Source: an uncultured Alphaproteobacteria bacterium (GTDB lineage: Bacteria > Pseudomonadota > Alphaproteobacteria > Methylaequorales > Methylaequoraceae). Taken from it: a DNA stretch of 64,000 nt. The translations under genes and the position numbers were made by a program. The stretch covers positions 1,566 to 65,565 of the forward strand of contig CACMWI010000002.1 in NCBI GenBank assembly GCA_902617375.1. The letters are read 5' to 3'. The notes beneath the pieces were generated by a model. That model worked only from the letters and a program-made list of their open reading frames with translations. It ran no database searches and was not told the DNA's origin. Positions 29,448-41,102 of the stretch are shown here, piece after piece. How positions within the stretch are numbered: the stretch's first letter is position 1; each line of letters opens with the position of its first letter.

Positions 29448-30334
29448 TTCTGCAGTATTATTAGAAAAGCAATAATCCCGCCAGTTTTAACATTTGATTT
29501 GAATATCTTATCAATTTCTATCCCACTTTCAAAATTTAAAAACTGTTTTACAAGCAACGAAAATACGATTAAACTCGAGAGTGTACTTAAAAAAGTATTA
29601 GCGTAAGTTACAAAAAAAAATATCGAAAAAAAAATTGAACTTAATAGGTATATTATACGTAAAGATTTTCTTTTTTTTTCAAAGAGGATTGCCAAAGACT
29701 TTAGACCTATTTTTTTATCTCCTTTTATATCTTGAAAACCATAAACTGTGTCGTACGCTGTTGTAAGAAAAACGCCAGCAAAATATAAATACAATATTGA
29801 AAAATTAAAATTTTCGGTTTGACTCTGATATCCTACTAAAACACCCCAATTAAAAGCTAATCCTAAAATTATTTGAGGAAAATAGGTAAATCTTTTGAAT
29901 AGAGGGTAGGTTAAAACTAAAGGCATAATCATAAAACTTAAAATTATTACATTTGTCTCAAATTGTAACAGAACAATCAAACCTAAAAGCAGTTGAAATA
30001 CAGTAAATATTATTGATTCAAGGACATTTAATGAACCTGATGCAAGTGGTCTTTTTTTTGTTCTTTTGATTTTTCTATCAAAATCTCTATCAAAAATATC
30101 ATTAATACAGCAACCAGCTCCTCTCATCACAAACGAACCTAAGGTGAAAAGAAATAGGCACTGGAGCAAACTAGCGTTAAGACTAGAATTCGATAAAGCT
30201 CCCCAATAACAAGGCCACATAAGTAGAAAAGCTCCCACGGGGTTATTATATCGTCCGAGAATTAATAAATTCTTGCTTTTTTTTGTAATTTTTTTAAACA
30301 TTATGCTCAAATCTTCATGTAAAGTTATGCCCAA
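29438..30334 (-). CDS. ubiA: 4-hydroxybenzoate polyprenyltransferase
   Basis: 298 aa polytopic; UbiA motifs GAGCCINDIFDRDFD and a second Asp-rich region. Confidence 0.85.
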   Translation of the reverse strand: MGITLHEDLSIMFKKITKKSKNLLILGRYNNPVGAFLLMWPCYWGALSNSSLNASLLQCLFLFTLGSFVMRGAGCCINDIFDRDFDRKIKRTKKRPLASGSLNVLESIIFTVFQLLLGLIVLLQFETNVIILSFMIMPLVLTYPLFKRFTYFPQIILGLAFNWGVLVGYQSQTENFNFSILYLYFAGVFLTTAYDTVYGFQDIKGDKKIGLKSLAILFEKKRKSLRIIYLLSSIFFSIFFFVTYANTFLSTLSSLIVFSLLVKQFLNFESGIEIDKIFKSNVKTGGIIAFLIILQNYL

Positions 30335-31031
30335 AATTAGAATATACTTTGAAAAAAAAATTGTAAAAGATCATAAAATTTTACTTGATTCAAAACAAAT
30401 ACATTATCTCAAAAATGTTATGCGAAAGAGAACTGGGGATTCTATAATTGCATTTAATTCCAATTATGAATGGGAGTGTAAGCTTGATTTAAATGTTGAA
30501 AAGTCGATAATACCTGTAAATTTAGTAAGAAAAAAAATTATTTTACCTGATATTTGGCTTTGTTTTGCTTTGATAAAAATTAAAAATATGAATAATCTTG
30601 TTGAAAAAATTTCTGAAATTGGAGTAAAGAAAATTGTACCACTGTTCAGCGAGTTCTCGTCTAGAATCCAAATAAATATTAACAGATTTAAAAAAATATC
30701 AATTGAAGCAGTTGAGCAAAGTGATTCATTATCTTTACCTGAAATATCTCATCCTGTGTCTTTACCCGAGCTTCTTGAAGACTGGGATAACGAAAGGATT
30801 ATTTTTTTGTGTGATGAAACAGGGGGAAATCAAATATTGAGTGCAAGAAAAATTATTAAAGAATACAAAAAATTCGCAATTTTTATCGGTCCTGTAGGTG
30901 GTTGGTCTTTTGCAGATAGGGGGCATTTTAAGGACAAAAAAACTTTCAAAATAAGTCTAGGAAAAAACATTTTAAAAGCTGACACGGCAGCAATATATTC
31001 TTTATCATGTGTAAGGGCTTTATTAGAGTGA
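30327..31031 (+). CDS. rsmE: 16S rRNA (uracil1498-N3)-methyltransferase RsmE
   Basis: Start chosen at MPKIRIYFE; the track ORF begins 54 nt upstream inside ubiA. PUA-like N-terminus and SPOUT C-terminus (IFIGPVGGWS, ILKADTAA). Confidence 0.8.
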   Translation: MPKIRIYFEKKIVKDHKILLDSKQIHYLKNVMRKRTGDSIIAFNSNYEWECKLDLNVEKSIIPVNLVRKKIILPDIWLCFALIKIKNMNNLVEKISEIGVKKIVPLFSEFSSRIQININRFKKISIEAVEQSDSLSLPEISHPVSLPELLEDWDNERIIFLCDETGGNQILSARKIIKEYKKFAIFIGPVGGWSFADRGHFKDKKTFKISLGKNILKADTAAIYSLSCVRALLE

Positions 31032-32365
31032 CAGATGTTTTAAGTAAAGAAAATTTGATCGCTAAACTGTCAAGCGGATGCAAGGTTAGAGAAGACTGGA
31101 GGATTGGAACCGAACATGAAAAATTTGGTTTTAAAAAAAAAGATCTCAGACCAATTACTTTCGACGACATTCAGAAAATATTCAGTGAATTATGTTCAAA
31201 ATACAAATGGGAAAAAATAATTGAAAACAAGAAAATTATCGGTCTGAAAAAGAATGCGACCTCAATCACTTTGGAGCCAGGTGGACAAATAGAACTATCT
31301 GGAGCACCAGTTAAAAATTTATTTGAAACATGCAAAGAAGTAAATTTACATCAAGATGAGCTTAATGCTGTTTGCAGAAATTATGAAATTGAGTTTATGG
31401 GAATTGGAGTGCTTCCGAAATGGAAATTATCAGATCTTAAATTAATGCCAAAAAAAAGATACGAAATAATGAGTAAATATATGCCACTAGTTGGTGAAAT
31501 GGGTTTAGATATGATGAAAAGGACAACCACCATTCAGGCCAATTTTGATTTTGCATCTGAGTCTGACATGAAAAAAAAGTTTAGAGTTGCTCAATCTATT
31601 CAGCCTGTCATTATTGCTTTATATGCAAATTCGCCATTTATTGAAGGAAAACTTACAGAATTTCTAAGTTACAGATCTCATATATGGACTAAAACAGATA
31701 ATGATAGGTGTGGGCTTCTGCCTTTTATTTATGAGGATGATTTTTCATTTGAGAGATATGTTGACTATCTGCTTGATGTTCCGATGTATTTTATAGTTAG
31801 AAACAACAAGTATATTGATTTTTCAGGAAAAAATTTTAAACAATTTTTAGAAAAAAAAATTAAATTAGATAAATTAATTGAACCAGAAATGAAAGACTGG
31901 GAAATTCATTTAACTACTGTTTTTCCAGAAGTTAGACTGAAATCATTTATAGAACTTAGAGGTGCAGACGGAGGACCGTGGTCTCGAGTTTGTGCACTTC
32001 CTGCATTTTGGACAGGAATCCTATATGATGAAGAGATACTTGATCAAGTATCTAGTATTATTAAATCTTGGAGCTTTGATCAGGTTAAAAACTTCTACAA
32101 AGAAGTAAGAATTAATGGTTTTAATTCTTATACGCCTGACAAAGAAAATTTGAAAAATTTTTCAAAAAAAATTATTGATTTGTCGTCAATCGGACTTAAA
32201 AAAAGAAACATTGAAAATGCTGGCAAAACTGAGGAATCTTTTTTGGAGCCATTGATTGAGATTATAAAATCTGGCGAGTCGCCTGCTTTAAAATGGAAAA
32301 AATTATATTTAAATCAATGGTCTAATAATATTGATATGTTATATACAAATAATTATTTTAAGTAA
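31007..32365 (+). CDS. gshA: Glutamate--cysteine ligase, GCS2 (plant/alphaproteobacterial) type
   Basis: 452 aa; WRIGTEHEKFGF and the overall GCS2 pattern. Start uncertain: ATG 31007 or GTG 31028. Confidence 0.85.
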   Translation: MCKGFIRVTDVLSKENLIAKLSSGCKVREDWRIGTEHEKFGFKKKDLRPITFDDIQKIFSELCSKYKWEKIIENKKIIGLKKNATSITLEPGGQIELSGAPVKNLFETCKEVNLHQDELNAVCRNYEIEFMGIGVLPKWKLSDLKLMPKKRYEIMSKYMPLVGEMGLDMMKRTTTIQANFDFASESDMKKKFRVAQSIQPVIIALYANSPFIEGKLTEFLSYRSHIWTKTDNDRCGLLPFIYEDDFSFERYVDYLLDVPMYFIVRNNKYIDFSGKNFKQFLEKKIKLDKLIEPEMKDWEIHLTTVFPEVRLKSFIELRGADGGPWSRVCALPAFWTGILYDEEILDQVSSIIKSWSFDQVKNFYKEVRINGFNSYTPDKENLKNFSKKIIDLSSIGLKKRNIENAGKTEESFLEPLIEIIKSGESPALKWKKLYLNQWSNNIDMLYTNNYFK

Positions 32366-32368
32366 TTT

Positions 32369-32656
32369 ATGAATAAATCTGAGAAAATAAGAATTATAAG
32401 AACTAAAATAGACGAGATAGACCTTAAAATCCTCAACCTAATTTCTGAAAGAAAAGATCTTGTAACTGAGATTGTAAAATTTAAAAATAGAAATCAAATT
32501 ATTGATCAAGAAAGAATTTCAAAAATACTAGAAAGTTTGGATGCTGAAGCGTCTAAAAGAGGAATACCAAGAGCATTAGTTAGAAAGCTTTGGGAAGGTA
32601 TGATTCAATCATTCATTTCATATGAGGAAGAATTATTTGATAAATCAAATAACTAG
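32369..32656 (+). CDS. Chorismate mutase (AroQ class, monofunctional)
   Basis: 95 aa; LRTKIDEIDLKILNLISERKDLVTEI helical AroQ pattern. Confidence 0.8.
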   Translation: MNKSEKIRIIRTKIDEIDLKILNLISERKDLVTEIVKFKNRNQIIDQERISKILESLDAEASKRGIPRALVRKLWEGMIQSFISYEEELFDKSNN

Positions 32657-34056
32657 ATTGTTCCTCCGACTGTTAAATTCCTAACTTTTAAGCTTGGTTG
32701 ACCTACTCCAACAGGAACACTTTGACCCTCTTTTCCGCAGGTTCCAATACCGTCATCTAATTTTAAATTGTTGGCGACCATTGTAACTTCTTTAAGTATT
32801 TCAGGACCATTACCTATTAAAGTAGCTCCTTTTAATGGGCTACAAATTTTACCGTCTATTATTTCATAAGCCTCTGATGCACTGAAAACAAATTTTCCAG
32901 ACGTGATATCAACTTGTCCACCGCTAAATTGAGATGCGTAAATTCCTTTTTTTGTAGACTTTATAAGTTCATCATGTTCATATTTACCATTTAACATATA
33001 GGTATTTGTCATCCTTGGCATTGGTAAGTGAGAATAACTCTGGCGTCTTCCGTTTCCAGTTGGACTTTGATTCATTAATCCTGCATTTAATCGATCATGC
33101 ATAAAACCTTTTAATATACCATTTTCAATTAACATTGTGTTTTGAGAGGGTGTACCTTCATCATCAATAGTTAGAGACCCTCTTTTTTTGTTAATTGTAC
33201 CATCATCCACTACTGAAACTTGATCAGAAGCAATCTTGCTCCCAACAAGATCGAAAAAAGCAGAGGTTTTTTTTCTATTAAAGTCTCCTTCAAGTCCGTG
33301 ACCAATTGCTTCATGTAAAAGAATACCTGGCCAGCCAGGTCCAAGTATTACAATTTGTTCACCAGCTGGTGTTTCTTTTGCTGATAATTTTACTATTGCT
33401 TGTTCGTAGGCTTTTTTTACTCCGTTTTTCCAATTACTTTCATTTAAAAGTTCATCGTATAAATATCTGCCACCCATTCCAAAAGAGCCTGTTTCTACTT
33501 TATTTTTTTTTTGAATTGTAATGTTAATATTCATTCTTACTAAAGGTCTAGAGTCAAAGAAAATATCTCCATTTTTTGTAATAACTTCTATATTTTGGTG
33601 ATTACCGTTTAAACTTACTGAAACTTCTTTGACTCGTTCGTCAATTTCTCTTGCGAATGTATTAACTTTATTAAGAAAATTAATTTTTTGAGTTAAAGTC
33701 ACTTTATCAATAGGGTTCTCATTTGTGTAAAGAGATAAATTACTGTTTAAATTTTTGAATTTAGGTGGATTGGGGTTTAATTTTTGTTGTTCTTTTACTG
33801 ACTTTATTGCTTTTGAAAAAGCTTCGTCTGATAACTCCGTATTATGTGCGAAATTTACAGAATCATTGTTTACTGTTCTTAGACCGAACCCTTTATCCTG
33901 GTCATAACTTGCGTTTTTAATTTTATTATCGTCAAAAAAAATGTTTTCGGAGTAAACTTCTTCAACAAACAATTCTCCTTCGTCGAAATTATCCAATAAT
34001 TCATTGACTGATGATTTTATTTTTTCTTCATTCCAGTCTTTTTTTATAGTTTTCAT
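32653..34056 (-). CDS. tldD: Metalloprotease TldD
   Basis: 467 aa; HEAIGHGLEGD motif and a Gly-rich C-terminal region typical of TldD. Confidence 0.9.
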   Translation of the reverse strand: MKTIKKDWNEEKIKSSVNELLDNFDEGELFVEEVYSENIFFDDNKIKNASYDQDKGFGLRTVNNDSVNFAHNTELSDEAFSKAIKSVKEQQKLNPNPPKFKNLNSNLSLYTNENPIDKVTLTQKINFLNKVNTFAREIDERVKEVSVSLNGNHQNIEVITKNGDIFFDSRPLVRMNINITIQKKNKVETGSFGMGGRYLYDELLNESNWKNGVKKAYEQAIVKLSAKETPAGEQIVILGPGWPGILLHEAIGHGLEGDFNRKKTSAFFDLVGSKIASDQVSVVDDGTINKKRGSLTIDDEGTPSQNTMLIENGILKGFMHDRLNAGLMNQSPTGNGRRQSYSHLPMPRMTNTYMLNGKYEHDELIKSTKKGIYASQFSGGQVDITSGKFVFSASEAYEIIDGKICSPLKGATLIGNGPEILKEVTMVANNLKLDDGIGTCGKEGQSVPVGVGQPSLKVRNLTVGGTI

Positions 34057-34206
34057 TTTACCTCTATTTATAAGATTAATTGTAAATATATTAATGATTC
34101 AAAAAAAATACTAATATATAATATATGTAAAGAATTTTTATTAATTTTTAATGAATAATTATTTGTTTTTTTCTAAATGATCATTATATTAAGTTATTAT
34201 TGATTT

Positions 34207-35025
34207 ATGTGTGGTAATATGAAATTTTTTACTTTTTTAACAACTCTTTTTACAGCTAACCAGATTTTTGCAAAAGGTCAACCAACCGAATGGCAGTTAA
34301 GTTTTCAAGAAGCAGGTTCACCTTTAATGCAACAATTAATCGATTTCCACGATTTTGTATTCTGGATAATAACAGCAATCACAGTATTTGTATTTCTGCT
34401 TCTAGCATACGTTTGTGTAAGGTTTAGCGCAAAAAATAATAAAAAACCCTCAACAACAACTCATAATGCAACTTTAGAAATAGCATGGACACTCATTCCT
34501 GTACTTCTCCTTGTTGTTATAGCTATTCCATCCTTTAGACTCTTGTATAATCAAAATGATTTCACCAACATCGATATGACTATCAAAGCAACAGGCTACA
34601 CATGGTGGTGGGGATATGAATATCCAGACCACGACGGAATTGCATTTGATTCAGTCATCGTTGAAGATGATGAGCTTGAAGAAGGGCAACCCAGATTATT
34701 AACAACTGACTACCAACTTGTGGTTCCAGTCAATAAAAATATCAAAATGCAGATTACAAGCGACCCCTCAGGAGTCATACATTCTTGGGCCGTTCCTTCA
34801 TTAGGTGTTAAGATGGATGCGATTCCAGGCAGATTAAATGAAACTTACTTTAACATTAAAGAGCCAGGTATGTATTATGGTCAATGCTCTGAATTATGCG
34901 GTGTAGGGCATGGGTTTATGCCAATATCGATCAAAGCAGTCACAGAAGAAGAATTTGCTTCATGGGTTGAGACAGCTAAAGAAGAATTCGCAAGCGATAA
35001 CAATAATAATTATGCAAAAAAATAA
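34207..35025 (+). CDS. ctaC: Cytochrome c oxidase subunit II
   Basis: 272 aa; signal plus 2 TM helices; CuA site SDPSGVIHSWAV...CSELCGVGHGFM. Confidence 0.9.
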   Translation: MCGNMKFFTFLTTLFTANQIFAKGQPTEWQLSFQEAGSPLMQQLIDFHDFVFWIITAITVFVFLLLAYVCVRFSAKNNKKPSTTTHNATLEIAWTLIPVLLLVVIAIPSFRLLYNQNDFTNIDMTIKATGYTWWWGYEYPDHDGIAFDSVIVEDDELEEGQPRLLTTDYQLVVPVNKNIKMQITSDPSGVIHSWAVPSLGVKMDAIPGRLNETYFNIKEPGMYYGQCSELCGVGHGFMPISIKAVTEEEFASWVETAKEEFASDNNNNYAKK

Positions 35026-35036
35026 GAAAGGTCTAA

Positions 35037-36602
<1,566 letters not shown>

Positions 36603-36626
36603 GTTACTGTCAACAAAGAGGAGAAT

Positions 36627-37541
36627 GTGTTGCAGTCCAAATCGCTGAAATATAACGCTCAAATACCGAGTTCAAATGATAGTTCAGTTGGTGATTTCCT
36701 TTCTTTGCTAAAACCCAGAGTAATGACACTTGCTGTATTTACATCAATTTGTGGAGTATTGCTTGCTCCACAAAGCATACATCCTTTCTTTTTTTTCATT
36801 TCAATTCTCTGTATATCAATAGGAGCAGGTGCATCTGGTGCTATAAATATGTGGTATGATAGAGATATAGACTCTTTAATGGAGAGAACAAAAAAAAGAC
36901 CAATTCCAATTGGAAAAGTCGAACCTCTTGACGCTCTGGGTTTCGGAGTTGTGTTGTCAGTTATTTCGACAATTGTATTAGGTCTTGCTGTAAACTACAA
37001 AGCAGCGTTCTTATTAGCTTTTTCGATTTTTTTTTACATATTTGTATACACTGTATGGCTTAAAAGAAGAACTTCTCAAAATATTGTAATTGGAGGTGCA
37101 GCAGGAGCCTTCCCTCCAGTAATTGGTTGGGTTTGCTCAGCCAATGATATTAGTTTCTTTCCTGTCTTGTTATTTTGCATTATATTCTTTTGGACTCCGC
37201 CACATTTTTGGGCACTAGCGCTGTATAAAGATATAGAATATTCTAAAGCTAACGTTCCGATGCTTCCAGTTGTTAAGGGAAAAAGAGTAACTAAAAATCA
37301 GATCATGATCTATGCTATTATTTTGTTTTTGGTTTCACTTTTGCCATACATTTTAAGTTATTCGGGGCTATTTTATCTTAGCTCTGCTCTGATCTTAAAT
37401 ATTTACTTTTGCTATCTATCTTTTAGATTACTAAAGAGTAATGATTCGAAACACTCAGATTTTGCACCAAAATTATTCAAATTTTCAATTTTATATTTAT
37501 ATTTGACGTTTTCTTCGCTTGTTGCCGATTCACTATTTTAA
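36627..37541 (+). CDS. ctaB: Protoheme IX farnesyltransferase (heme O synthase)
   Basis: 304 aa polytopic UbiA-superfamily protein; NMWYDRDID motif. Confidence 0.9.
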   Translation: MLQSKSLKYNAQIPSSNDSSVGDFLSLLKPRVMTLAVFTSICGVLLAPQSIHPFFFFISILCISIGAGASGAINMWYDRDIDSLMERTKKRPIPIGKVEPLDALGFGVVLSVISTIVLGLAVNYKAAFLLAFSIFFYIFVYTVWLKRRTSQNIVIGGAAGAFPPVIGWVCSANDISFFPVLLFCIIFFWTPPHFWALALYKDIEYSKANVPMLPVVKGKRVTKNQIMIYAIILFLVSLLPYILSYSGLFYLSSALILNIYFCYLSFRLLKSNDSKHSDFAPKLFKFSILYLYLTFSSLVADSLF

Positions 37542-37630
37542 TGAAAAAAAATAAAAAAAATATAGCTTTAGGTCTGGCTTTGTTTTTGTTAGCCACCATA
37601 TTTTATTTTATAACAGTTTTTAAATTCTAA
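37541..37630 (+). CDS. Micro-ORF encoding a 29-aa single-TM peptide (CoxF-like position between ctaB and ctaG)
   Basis: An ATG overlapping the ctaB stop (TAATG) opens MKKNKKNIALGLALFLLATIFYFITVFKF*, which ends 1 nt before the ctaG ATG. Basic N-terminus plus one hydrophobic helix. Below the ORF-track size cutoff. Confidence 0.4.
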   Translation: MKKNKKNIALGLALFLLATIFYFITVFKF

Positions 37631-37631
37631 T

Positions 37632-38171
37632 ATGATAGCAAGAAATCAAAATAAAAAAGTTAAACAAGCTTTCTACCTTTTGGCATTTGCCCTTGGAATG
37701 TTGGCAATGAGTTACGCAGCAGTTCCACTCTATAAAATCTTTTGTAAAGTTACAGGGTACGGAGGTACTCCTCAGATTTCGCTTGAGAACGACAGTTATA
37801 AAATTAAAGAAAAAATCGATGTTAGGTTTGATTCTACTATTGATAGAAATTCTGTTATCTCGTTTGAACCAGAGGTTAAAAAAATTGAAGTTCAGATTGG
37901 TGAAAACAGTCTAGCTTTTTTTAAGGCAAAAAATAATTCTGATAATCCCATTACAACTATGTCAGTTTTCAATGTTAGTCCTTTACAGGCCGGACAATAT
38001 TTTAATAAAATTGAGTGTTTTTGCTTTGAAGAACAAGTTTTATCAGCAAATGAAGAGGTCAGCATGCCCGTATCTTTTTTTGTTGACGCTTCAATTAAAG
38101 ATGATAAATTTATCAAAGATTTGCAGGAAATAACCCTCTCATATACAATGTATGTAAGAAAAAATGAGTGA
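37632..38171 (+). CDS. ctaG: Cytochrome c oxidase assembly protein CtaG/Cox11 (CuB insertion)
   Basis: 179 aa; N-terminal TM helix; CFCF copper-binding motif (IECFCFEEQ). Confidence 0.85.
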   Translation: MIARNQNKKVKQAFYLLAFALGMLAMSYAAVPLYKIFCKVTGYGGTPQISLENDSYKIKEKIDVRFDSTIDRNSVISFEPEVKKIEVQIGENSLAFFKAKNNSDNPITTMSVFNVSPLQAGQYFNKIECFCFEEQVLSANEEVSMPVSFFVDASIKDDKFIKDLQEITLSYTMYVRKNE

Positions 38172-38988
38172 TAATAATCAGAAACATCCCTATCATCTAG
38201 TCGACCCTAGTCCTTGGCCACTTGTTACTTCATTTTCAGCTTTAATAATGGCGATAGGGTTTATATTCCTCATGCACGATGGTAAAACTTTGGTATTTAC
38301 CATAGGATCTATAGCAGTTGTTTTATCGAGTATCCTCTGGTGGAGAGATGTTGTTTCCGAGTCAGAAGGTGGTGGATATCACAACAATGTTGTCCAAATT
38401 GGACTTAGATACGGCATGATACTTTTCATAATATCAGAGGTTATGTTTTTCGCCGCTTGGTTTTGGGCGTTTTTTGATGTTGCGTTTTATCCCGGCTCTG
38501 AAAGCCCTGAGCTAATAGGTCGACAAGATACCATAGGCGGTGCATTTCCTCCTGAAGATATAGAATTAATTTCGCCCTTTGGAGTACCTTTGTTAAACAC
38601 TTTTATATTGCTAGCGTCTGGTGGAACCATAACGTGGGCTCATCACGCACTAAGGTCCAATGATAGAAAAAACTTTTTACTATTTTTATTGTTGACCATT
38701 ATTTTAGGTATTATTTTTACTGGATTTCAAGCTTACGAATATAAAGTCGCAACTTTTGGAATTGAGGACGGCATATACCCGTCAACATTTTATATGGCAA
38801 CTGGCTTTCATGGTTTTCATGTTATAGTTGGTTCAATCTTTTTATTAGTATGTTATTTCAGAGGCTTAAAAGGCCATTTTACACCTAAAAAACATTTAGG
38901 CTTCGAATTTGCTGCTTGGTATTGGCATTTTGTAGATGTTGTCTGGTTGTTTCTATTCACATTTGTTTATTGGTGGGCTGCCGCATAA
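38164..38988 (+). CDS. ctaE: Cytochrome c oxidase subunit III
   Basis: 274 aa; 7 TM helices; conserved HPYHLVDPSPWP N-terminus. Confidence 0.9.
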   Translation: MSDNNQKHPYHLVDPSPWPLVTSFSALIMAIGFIFLMHDGKTLVFTIGSIAVVLSSILWWRDVVSESEGGGYHNNVVQIGLRYGMILFIISEVMFFAAWFWAFFDVAFYPGSESPELIGRQDTIGGAFPPEDIELISPFGVPLLNTFILLASGGTITWAHHALRSNDRKNFLLFLLLTIILGIIFTGFQAYEYKVATFGIEDGIYPSTFYMATGFHGFHVIVGSIFLLVCYFRGLKGHFTPKKHLGFEFAAWYWHFVDVVWLFLFTFVYWWAAA

Positions 38989-38994
38989 ACAAGA

Positions 38995-39714
38995 ATGAAA
39001 TTTAATTTTAATTCAAATAGCTACTCTTTCAAACCAAGATCATTTCCCTTATTTGCTTTCATTGTTGCCTTATCAATACTTCTTGGTCTTTCCGGATGGC
39101 AGATAAAAAGGCTTAATTGGAAAACTGATTTAATATCGCAAAGAATTAGCAGCTTTGAGTCTGATCCTATTAGTTTTGTAAATTTGAATCAACCTGAAAA
39201 AAACGAATTTAGAAAAGTTTTTGTTGATGGTCAACTACTGAATGAATTCGAAATGTTTATGCCAGCACTAAGTAAAAGAGGTAATAATGGTTTTCATATT
39301 TTAGTACCATTAAAAACAACTTCAGGAAAGTTCATTATATATGATACTGGATGGGTTCCTCTCAAAATAAAAGAAAAGGAAAAAAGATTGCTTAATATTT
39401 CAAAAAATTCACAAACTTTTGAAGCTGTAATTAGAACATCGGGAAGAAAAGGATATTTTCAACCCGATAATGATACTGACACAAACACTTGGTTCTTCGT
39501 TGAACCAGAATTAATGAGCAAATACCTTAAAATGAATTTCGAAAATGAATATTATCTAGAAGCAGTTAAAAATGGACCTAACGGATTCCCATTAGGTAAT
39601 CAAACACGAATTTATCTACGAAACAATCATTTACAATATGCATTAACTTGGTTTATGATCGCATGCGGTCTTGTTGGTGTGTTCTTTTTTGCAAATATAA
39701 AAAAAATTAAATAG
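38995..39714 (+). CDS. surf1: SURF1 family cytochrome oxidase assembly protein
   Basis: 239 aa; two terminal TM helices flanking a periplasmic domain; SGWQIKRLNWK pattern; conserved position after ctaE. Confidence 0.8.
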   Translation: MKFNFNSNSYSFKPRSFPLFAFIVALSILLGLSGWQIKRLNWKTDLISQRISSFESDPISFVNLNQPEKNEFRKVFVDGQLLNEFEMFMPALSKRGNNGFHILVPLKTTSGKFIIYDTGWVPLKIKEKEKRLLNISKNSQTFEAVIRTSGRKGYFQPDNDTDTNTWFFVEPELMSKYLKMNFENEYYLEAVKNGPNGFPLGNQTRIYLRNNHLQYALTWFMIACGLVGVFFFANIKKIK

Positions 39715-39716
39715 AT

Positions 39717-41099
39717 ATGATTTATTCATCAACTAGAGGAAGTGATATAAACTTAAAGTTTGGTGATGTGCTTATAAACGGATTAGCCAAGGATGGTGGC
39801 TTATACGTCCCAAATAGCATAAAATCGTACTCAGAAGAGGAATTAGATTCTCTAAGAGAACTGGATTATTCAAGTCTGGCTTTTGAATTGACGAAAGATT
39901 TTGTTCTAGGGGAGATTTCAGCAAGTGAATATAAAAAGATTTGTATTAATTCATATAAAAGGTCATTTGGAAAAGAAATAATATCTTTTGAGAAGCTAGA
40001 TCAGCACAAATACATTGCAAATCTTTTTAATGGTCCGACTTATGCATTTAAAGATTTTGCATTGCAATTATTAGGTAACATATATGACTACATATTAAGA
40101 AAAAGAAAAATAAATCTTACTATTCTTGGAGCAACATCGGGAGATACAGGTTCTGCAGCAATTCATGGATGCGCAAAATCTAAAAACGTGAAAATTTTTA
40201 TTTTGTTTCCATTAAACAGAGTTAGTGAAATTCAGAGAAAACAAATGACCACAGTAAAAAAAAAAAACGTTTTTAATATAGCAGTAAAAGGAAATTTTGA
40301 TGATTGTCAAAGGATGGTAAAAAATTACTTTAAATTAAATAACGAAAATAGGAAAATTAATTTAGCCGCGGTTAATTCAATAAATTGGGTAAGAATAATG
40401 GGACAAATTGTTTACTACTTTTGGAGTTATTTCAGAGTAAGTACCAAATTTGATCCTATGAGTTTTGTTGTTCCCTCAGGAAATTTTGGAAATGCTTATG
40501 CTGGATATCTTAGTAAGAAAATGGGCTTACCTATTAAAAAGATTATTATTGGTTCAAACAAAAATGATATTCTCACTCGGTTTTTTAAAACTGGAAAAAT
40601 GGAAATTAAAAAAACATTAACCTCTTTAAGCCCAAGTATGGACATCCAAGTTTCAAGTAATTTTGAAAGGCTCTTATTTGATTTTTATGAAAATGGTAAA
40701 ATGATAGAAAAACTTTTTTATAAGTTAGAAAATGCAAAAGAATTTTCAGTAGCACAAACGCATTTAAGAAATATGAGGAAAACCTTTGGTTATGGAAGGC
40801 TATCAGATAGTGAAACAAAAAAAACAATTAATCAAATCTTTGATAGATATAAAGTGATTGTAGATCCTCACACAGCTGTCGGTCTCTCTGTTGGAGAAAA
40901 ACAACTTGATAAAAAAGAAAGAAGAATATATCTGGCTACAGCTCACTACAGTAAATTTATCAAAACAGTAAAAGAATCAGTAAAAAAAAAGGTTGATTAT
41001 CCTGATAAATTAAAAAAAATTTTAAAAAAAAAAGAAAAGTTTGAAATTATTGAAAATGACATAGATCAATTAGACAAATTAATTGTTAAACAGAACTAG
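39717..41099 (+). CDS. thrC: Threonine synthase
   Basis: 460 aa; PLP-binding FKDFA (Lys) region and GNFGN motif; conserved position downstream of the cta/surf1 cluster. Confidence 0.85.
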   Translation: MIYSSTRGSDINLKFGDVLINGLAKDGGLYVPNSIKSYSEEELDSLRELDYSSLAFELTKDFVLGEISASEYKKICINSYKRSFGKEIISFEKLDQHKYIANLFNGPTYAFKDFALQLLGNIYDYILRKRKINLTILGATSGDTGSAAIHGCAKSKNVKIFILFPLNRVSEIQRKQMTTVKKKNVFNIAVKGNFDDCQRMVKNYFKLNNENRKINLAAVNSINWVRIMGQIVYYFWSYFRVSTKFDPMSFVVPSGNFGNAYAGYLSKKMGLPIKKIIIGSNKNDILTRFFKTGKMEIKKTLTSLSPSMDIQVSSNFERLLFDFYENGKMIEKLFYKLENAKEFSVAQTHLRNMRKTFGYGRLSDSETKKTINQIFDRYKVIVDPHTAVGLSVGEKQLDKKERRIYLATAHYSKFIKTVKESVKKKVDYPDKLKKILKKKEKFEIIENDIDQLDKLIVKQN

Positions 41100-41102
41100 A
41101 AT

